DNA of 15,600 bases from Nostoc sp. DedSLP01 (lineage in GTDB: Bacteria > Cyanobacteriota > Cyanobacteriia > Cyanobacteriales > Nostocaceae): assembly GCA_034530875.2 (NCBI GenBank), contig JAVRCJ020000075.1, positions 1 to 15,600 of the forward strand. The letters run 5' to 3'. The notes beneath the pieces were generated by a model that was not told the origin of the DNA, did not search any database, and was given only the letters and a program-made list of their open reading frames with translations. Both the position numbers and the translations under genes were made by a program. Positions 15,163-15,600 of this stretch are shown one piece after another. Numbering within the stretch: position 1 is the first letter of the stretch; each line of letters begins with the position of its first letter.

Positions 15163-15177
15163 AGTTAATTATTATCA
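15163..15177 (-). promoter_or_regulatory. Fur-family (Zur/Fur) 7-1-7 box-like site upstream of the chelatase
   Basis: The minus strand reads TGATAAT-A-ATTAACT, a 12/14 match to TGATAATNATTATCA, 73 nt upstream of the GTG start. Confidence 0.5.
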
Positions 15178-15220
15178 CATCCCCCCGGATGGGATAGGTG
15201 CAAAAATCAAAATAATACAT

Positions 15221-15260
15221 CAAAAGACATACTTTGGTTACAAAAGACATACTTTGGTTA
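15221..15260. repeat. Perfect 20-bp tandem duplication CAAAAGACATACTTTGGTTA x2
   Basis: Positions 15221-15240 are identical to 15241-15260. Confidence 0.95.
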
Positions 15261-15403
15261 CTAATGCATAGGTTCTGTTTTCTGAAATGGGTATCTGAAG
15301 CAGTGGCGGTTTGCTGGTCTGTGGGGTGAGGCAGGAGGCCGTTTTTGTAACGAGGATTTATATCAAGTTCAGATGATTAGTTATGATTGCAGTCCTCGCG
15401 TTA

Positions 15404-15559
15404 CCCTTCCCCAACCCTCCCTTAGTAAGGCTACGGTGTACACACAAGTCGGAGTTGCTTGTGAATTCCGGATTTTACCCCCCTTAATCCCCCCTTAACA
15501 AGGGGGGAAAAAGAGATCCAGTTCCCTCCCCTTTCTAAGGCTACGGTGTACACACAAGT
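15404..15559. repeat. Nested small dispersed repeats: CCCC(T)CCCCTT-N3-AAGGGG hairpin family plus two copies of the 24-mer TAAGGCTACGGTGTACACACAAGT
   Basis: The 24-mer is identical at 15426-15449 and 15536-15559. An intact hairpin CCCCCCTT-AAC-AAGGGGGG lies at 15489-15507. Confidence 0.8.
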
Positions 15560-15600
15560 AGACCCAGAGCGAGTTTCCAGCCAAAAAAGGTAGACTCAAA

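Noticed and set aside
15426..15559. Two identical 24-mers as a possible CRISPR array
   Set aside because: There are only two copies, the 86-nt spacer is itself made of repeat hairpins, and no cas genes or leader are present.

Overview
The window looks like DNA from a heterocyst-forming cyanobacterium (Nostoc/Anabaena-like), judged from 8 HIP1 GCGATCGC sites, STRR-type heptamers and GTAG-type REP elements. All five credible genes are on the minus strand. Four form a tight putative operon, in transcription order: an alpha/beta-hydrolase with a large acidic insertion (13160-11766), a caspase-fold/C25 gingipain-like cysteine protease (11723-10026), and two tandem paralogous NLR-like receptors with the architecture CHAT protease-nSTAND1 ATPase-transmembrane helix-WD40 (9883-5009 and 4936-179). 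All recognisable catalytic motifs are intact. The best candidate for a new system is this locus, which reads as an apoptosome/inflammasome-like proteolytic cascade: two sensors with very different WD40 arrays, a second protease and a possibly latent hydrolase effector whose insertion is bracketed by a repeated V-S-F motif. That function is inferred from architecture and has not been shown. Upstream and probably unrelated is a HemH-family chelatase with a His9 tail and no CAB domain, preceded by a Fur/Zur-type 7-1-7 box. The intergenic regions are rich in small cyanobacterial repeats.
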